DNA of 64,000 nt from NCBI GenBank assembly GCA_964016885.1, contig OZ024747.1, forward strand, positions 24,180,001 through 24,244,000, in the 5' to 3' direction. Positions 62,914 through 64,000 of this stretch are shown here, one piece after another. Numbering within the stretch: the first letter of the stretch is position 1; each line of letters starts with the position of its first letter. The stretch is from Eledone cirrhosa (Eukaryota). The notes below the pieces were generated by a model, which was not told where the DNA came from, did no database searches, and worked only from the letters and a program-made list of their open reading frames with translations. The position numbers and the translations under genes are program-made.

Positions 62914-63420
62914 TTATATATATATAAGTTCAGGAAACAATAAGTTTATCAAACCAAAGAGAAATTCTGATAAAGACTGCATCATATAAATGGCATCACT
63001 TGACGCCTCGGTAAGGCGAGCTGCTAACAATGACAGGAACTTCGCTGTCTGTGGCCTAGCTGCACGAAACATCTTGAACTCCATAGGCTGGAAGAAATAG
63101 TTTACCGATAATTCCCAGTACTTTAGAATTTTATTCCATTTGGCTATGGAAGCTATGAATCCCACATTTACTGAACCATCCAGGATGTGAGAGGGAGTAA
63201 AAGAGTCACTGACTGTGGTGTCCCAGATAAGACATCTACCTCTTACTCAGGGACACAGGTAAAGGCCATCTGGCTTTTTCCCATCAATTCTGGATAATCC
63301 AGCCAGCTTCAGAACTGAGGGTATATTACCTGAGCTACCTGCTTTACAGATCGCTACATAGAATCTTTCTTTCTGACTTTTTTTAAAATTACTATGCCCA
63401 GCCTGTAGCTTATTGCAGGC
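62914..63420 (-). mobile_element. Decayed CRE-clade non-LTR element (restriction-like endonuclease domain)
   Basis: Minus strand reads [38 protein letters not shown]...KILKYWELSVNYFFQP, a PD-(D/E)xK RLE pattern. It ends at a (TA)n tract. Confidence 0.72.
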
Positions 63421-64000
63421 TATATTTGAGTTAATGTTGGCTCTGTTTCATTTTACAGTAAACAACTTTAATGACACTATTTTATTTACAATTTCATAGA
63501 CTCTCAATAAAATATATGAGCAGCCACTCTAATCGAGCATCCCACCCACTTTCCCCTCTTATCACTTGTTTTGAAAACAGTTCACACACACACATACATT
63601 CTCTCTCTCTCCTGCTAAGGTTGGTTATGTACTTTTGACTGTGGATAGCAATAAACTTTAAATGGAAACCTCATTCTATGAGTAAGAGCCCACTAACCAC
63701 GGTTAAGCAATCACAGACTCCCTTCTTTTCAGGTGCAGATGATATTTAAGCTACCAACCCACTTGGTTCCATAACAAGTCTAAAACTTCCGAACTACAAC
63801 AATCAACGTTGGCACAATGTAAGGTATGTCTGGAAAAATCGTAAAGATGCTGTAGATGTGTGTTCTGTGCAATAAGTTAGAGAAGAGCTCCAACCAGACT
63901 TCTCATGGGAGAGGAACAAAGATTCAAGTTCTAGGTGTGGAAATGTGATGTGGTAGGTGGGGTAGGTATACTACTTGTGAAGAAATGGAGAAATAAAATA

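Overview
This is repeat-rich animal genomic DNA, probably a coleoid cephalopod such as octopus. That assignment is inferred from the SINE and microsatellite landscape and is not proven. The only host gene I can support is a + strand class IIB phosphatidylinositol transfer protein (PITPNC1/RdgB-beta). I assembled it by hand from nine coding exons at 16360-38510, including an 8-nt microexon. Its first coding exon is not in the window. The introns and flanks hold three large satellites (38/40-bp, 19-bp G-rich and 56-bp units) and a near-intact antisense CR1/L2-type LINE. That LINE's ORF2 has no initiator ATG and is linked to ORF1 by a G-GGA-AAC slippery heptamer in exactly the -1 frame. There is also a Penelope-like element (PLE) bracketed by ~830-bp inverted repeats and inserted in a (TA)n tract. 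Several minimal hammerhead-ribozyme motifs sit in (TA)n-flanked PLE-like remnants, some sense to the PITPNC1 pre-mRNA and one doubled as a 132-bp palindrome. The rest is TTAA (piggyBac-type), hAT and Tc1/pogo MITEs, tRNA-derived SINEs and decayed RTE, Tx1/L1, CRE and CR1 fragments. Most ORFs in the supplied track are microsatellite artefacts. Coordinates were counted by eye: exon boundaries were checked base by base, while repeat boundaries are approximate.
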